Virus record (IMG/VR): IMGVR_UViG_3300009605_004204
Span: 1 to 27,330 of that record
Strand: one strand, 5' to 3'
Origin: a virus
Taxonomy: Duplodnaviria; Caudoviricetes
DNA length: 27,330 nt
Of this stretch, positions 24,541 through 27,330 are shown one piece after another. Every line of letters begins with the position of its first letter. Positions within the stretch are counted from its first letter, which is position 1. The notes under the pieces were generated by a model, which did not search any database, was not told the origin of the DNA, and was given only the letters and a program-made list of their open reading frames with translations. The translations under genes and the position numbers were made by a program.

Positions 24541-24983
24541 AGTACTAGCTTCATTCCGTTGTCTATCTTAGAAAACCCAATCTTGTCGTAGAATGGCACA
24601 TTTTTGTCTGAACAGCTTAAAGTTACCTTGTAGCATTCTTCTTGTATTGCTGTATCAATAAGGCTGGTGATTATCGCGGCTCCAATGCCAAGTTTTCTGT
24701 ACTCTCGTAAAATGACTACGTCTTCGATGCGGCCAGCGATCATGCCAGTTAATTTCCGTTCAATTAACAATGATCCCGTTCCCACAACGAGGTCAGAACT
24801 TTTTGGAGAGTCGATGATTTTTTGTACTGCAACTACGGCATGGTGATTGTTATTGTTAACAAAAGTTGACCATGTTTTGTCAAAGTTAACATTCCAGCAA
24901 TCGTGTGGAAGTGGGCTTAATTGGCTTCTTAGATTTAAATAGTGCCCGTTTAAATCATCTCTCTCTATGCGTCTAATTTTCAT
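24537..24983 (-). CDS. GNAT acetyltransferase, glucosamine-6-phosphate N-acetyltransferase (GNA1)-like
   Basis: 'VVGTGSLLIERK', 'GRIEDVVI...YRKLGIG', 'CYKVTLSCSDKNVPFYDKIGF'. Confidence 0.82.
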   Translation of the reverse strand: MKIRRIERDDLNGHYLNLRSQLSPLPHDCWNVNFDKTWSTFVNNNNHHAVVAVQKIIDSPKSSDLVVGTGSLLIERKLTGMIAGRIEDVVILREYRKLGIGAAIITSLIDTAIQEECYKVTLSCSDKNVPFYDKIGFSKIDNGMKLVL

Positions 24984-25837
24984 CAGATAAATCTCAATAC
25001 AAAATCTTCATAGGGTTTGGATATTCCATCAAATGAAAAATAGCTTAAGTCTACCTTTTTATCATTCAGATATCTTGTGTTTATATCCTCTTTTTCCAGT
25101 CCCAAATTGCCTCTATTGGCGTCAGATATCTTTTTGGAGGAATTGTGGATCACTACGCTGTACTCCGGGCAAGCCATAGTACGGGAGAATTTTTCATACA
25201 GTTCTCGATATATGATTGGCTGCAATTCCTCCTCTAATTTATAACCTTCAGATTCGGAAGAACGTTTAATGATCTCTTTCAGGTTGCGTTTTTTGTAGAT
25301 ATGTCCATTGGTAGAAAATGGTATGGCAAAATTTGTGTAGGGGGTAATCTTAGAGGAATCCCAGACAAGAAATTCATCCAGAACAAATTCGCCTTCGGTT
25401 GGTATTTCTGCAAAATAATTTGCTCTTTCGTATGGATTTTGAATAACCGTATTGTTTCCTAGTCTTAGGGATAAGCACAACGGGTCATAATCATTAAACA
25501 ACTTACTGATACTCTGATAGCACGGGGGTCTTCTAAAGAGAATATTTTCGTCGTTAAATAAGCAAACAAGGTCTCTTGAGACTTCCAAGCGGGGGATCAT
25601 ATCTTTACTTATTTCGGACTGTGTTCTTTCAACCCACTTTATGGGAAAAGAGTGTCCGTGTTTGTGTTTTTTGTAAAAGTAGTCTGCTGCTTTTGAATAT
25701 CCCTCGAAGAATTTTTCACTGGAATACTTATATAAGATAGTTATGTCAAAAAGGTTGCTTGAATTGACATTTAGGCTTTCAAGAAGAAGATGAACTCTAG
25801 CGGCTCCGTCATTTGATATCACAATGGCAGTAATCAA
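24983..25837 (-). CDS. Divergent GT-A-like glycosyltransferase
   Basis: N-terminal 'AIVISNDGAARVHLLLESL', 'LVCLFNDENIL' at the DxD position, 'LSLRLG', 'PFSTNGHIY'; TTG start. Confidence 0.5.
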   Translation of the reverse strand: MITAIVISNDGAARVHLLLESLNVNSSNLFDITILYKYSSEKFFEGYSKAADYFYKKHKHGHSFPIKWVERTQSEISKDMIPRLEVSRDLVCLFNDENILFRRPPCYQSISKLFNDYDPLCLSLRLGNNTVIQNPYERANYFAEIPTEGEFVLDEFLVWDSSKITPYTNFAIPFSTNGHIYKKRNLKEIIKRSSESEGYKLEEELQPIIYRELYEKFSRTMACPEYSVVIHNSSKKISDANRGNLGLEKEDINTRYLNDKKVDLSYFSFDGISKPYEDFVLRFI

Positions 25838-25839
25838 CG

Positions 25840-26829
25840 CTATGCCCTTTCAGTCGGAGGAAGCTCGTTGACATCTTTGTGATAGAAGGTCCAGTCTTTG
25901 CACCACTCCACCGTCTTCTCCAGACCTTCCCTCAAGGAGGTAGAGGCCGTGAAGCCAAACTTTTCTTCAGCCCTGCCTACATCTAAACATCGTCGTGGCT
26001 GTCCGTCTGGCTTTTTGTCATTCCAGATAATTTCTCCATCGTATCCCATAAGCTCACAAATTAGTTCAATAAGATCCTTAATATTGGTCTCTATTCCGGT
26101 TCCTATATTGACGGGGTCTGCTTCATTGTATCGCTCCATGGCCAGCATCACAGCCCGTGCGCAGTCGTCAGCATACAAGAATTCTCTAGTGGCCTTACCA
26201 GAACCCCACACCTCCATAGATTTTTGGCCATTGGCTTTTGCGTAGCCTACGCGAGACAGTATTGCAGGTATAACATGACTGGCGCGAGGATCATAATTGT
26301 CACCCGGTCCATACATGTTGACCGGTATTAAAGAAATCCCATTGAAATCAAATTGCTTCCTGTAGGCCAAAAGCATTTCCATCAATGTTTTTTTTGCTAT
26401 GCCATAGGGGGCATTGGTTTCTTCGGGATAGCCGTTCCACAGGTCGTCTTCCTTGAAGGGAACAGGACAGTTTTTAGGGTAAGAGCATACGGTTCCAGCC
26501 AATATAAACTTCTTACATTCGTGCTGACGTGCCTCTTCTATGACCTTGATTCCCATGTTAAGATTTTCATAAAGAAAACCACCGGGGTATTTCATGTTCG
26601 CCCCGATTCCGCCGACTCTAGCGGCTAAATGAATGACTACATCTGGATCATAGTTATCAAACATCCATCCGACATTGGCTTCCTCTCCTAAGTCGAACCC
26701 ATCTCTGGTCCCGCCCATTGCGATAACTTGCTCGTAGCCGGAATCGTTTAAAAGCTTATAGAGCTTTTTTCCTAAGAAGCCCCTTCCACCCGTAATCAGA
26801 ATAGTATCTTCAGACTTGCTTATTTCCAT
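25840..26829 (-). CDS. fcl: GDP-L-fucose synthase (GDP-4-keto-6-deoxymannose epimerase/reductase)
   Basis: 'ITGGRGFLG', 'HLAARVGGIGAN', 'GTVCSYPK', 'PEETNAPYGIAKK', 'SHVIPA', 'WGSGKATREFLY', 'KPDGQPRR'. Confidence 0.94.
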   Translation of the reverse strand: MEISKSEDTILITGGRGFLGKKLYKLLNDSGYEQVIAMGGTRDGFDLGEEANVGWMFDNYDPDVVIHLAARVGGIGANMKYPGGFLYENLNMGIKVIEEARQHECKKFILAGTVCSYPKNCPVPFKEDDLWNGYPEETNAPYGIAKKTLMEMLLAYRKQFDFNGISLIPVNMYGPGDNYDPRASHVIPAILSRVGYAKANGQKSMEVWGSGKATREFLYADDCARAVMLAMERYNEADPVNIGTGIETNIKDLIELICELMGYDGEIIWNDKKPDGQPRRCLDVGRAEEKFGFTASTSLREGLEKTVEWCKDWTFYHKDVNELPPTERA

Positions 26830-27124
26830 CAAACTCTTCCAAAAAATTTATGGTTTCCTCTACGTCCATATTATGCGCGCGCTTGAAAATTTCTCTTTTC
26901 TCATCCATAATAACAACAGTAGGAAAAGCTTCAATTTCAAACTGTTCAGACAAAAATTCATTCCCCGGCGTGTCCACCTGAATAATTGCCGCTTTACCCC
27001 CATGATAAGCTTTAGAAGCCTTGATCACCTCCGTTTTCGTCCAAACCTCTTGCCTCATTCCTGTACAATGAGGACACCAGCTTGCGACAAAAACAACAAC
27101 CTGAAAAGCGTCTTTTTTATCCAT
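26810..27124 (-). CDS. Thioredoxin-family protein
   Basis: 'ASWCPHC', cis-Pro motif 'EAFPTVV'. Confidence 0.88.
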   Translation of the reverse strand: MDKKDAFQVVVFVASWCPHCTGMRQEVWTKTEVIKASKAYHGGKAAIIQVDTPGNEFLSEQFEIEAFPTVVIMDEKREIFKRAHNMDVEETINFLEEFDGNKQV

Positions 27125-27317
27125 TGTCCCAGAGGTTCTTTCCTGTGCTTTGTTTGGTAATTCTATTGAGGGACCACATCCAAGGGCCGACTATTACAGC
27201 AGCCCCGGCACCCCAAGCCCAAAGAACTAGCCCCTCGCGTCCCGCTGTAAGAAGAGTAGCCGAAGTTGCAGCCATAAGATAAATAGCGAGCAGTATATGA
27301 CCCATTTTTTGTTCCAT
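27117..27317 (-). CDS. Small two-helix membrane protein
   Basis: Two hydrophobic stretches; overlaps the thioredoxin start. Confidence 0.55.
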   Translation of the reverse strand: MEQKMGHILLAIYLMAATSATLLTAGREGLVLWAWGAGAAVIVGPWMWSLNRITKQSTGKNLWDNG

Positions 27318-27330
27318 ATACCAATCAGAA

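Noticed and set aside
131-27282. Numerous plus-strand ORFs of 60-156 aa
   Set aside because: All are antisense shadows of well-supported minus-strand genes, with no motifs.
1-27330. Stop-codon reassignment
   Set aside because: Conserved proteins are full length under code 11, and TAA, TAG and TGA all end genes at coupled junctions.
1-27330. Cellular chromosome origin, or a specific host assignment
   Set aside because: Divergent replication genes, T4-like dNMP kinase, single-strand tiling and many orphans favour a phage; the host cannot be determined without database searches.

Overview
Gene-dense (~40 CDS), AT-rich window with every credible gene on the minus strand. Nearly all genes are translationally coupled (ATGA/TGATG/TAATG or short overlaps), and only two intergenic gaps exceed 10 nt. 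The content fits the replication, nucleotide-metabolism and sugar-modification region of a large dsDNA bacteriophage; no structural genes are in the window, so this is inference. In transcription order (right to left): thioredoxin, GDP-L-fucose synthase, divergent GT-A-like protein, GNA1-like acetyltransferase, beta-propeller-like protein, dCMP deaminase, thermonuclease, class II ribonucleotide reductase, dUTPase, PhoH, small HTH/Zn-ribbon proteins, divergent RecA, Vsr-like nuclease, DnaB, DnaG, dNMP kinase, mannose-6-P isomerase cupin, two PD-(D/E)XK nucleases, a split DNA polymerase III alpha, SSB, a sigma factor and three GT-B glycosyltransferases. The standout is an intein-less DnaE cleanly split into two genes, with an 80-aa orphan and a DnaQ-like exonuclease nested between the halves. 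Next is a glycosyltransferase trio (one with a Zn ribbon) co-transcribed with SSB/sigma and backed by nucleotide-sugar enzymes. No RNA genes, CRISPR arrays or IS elements were seen.
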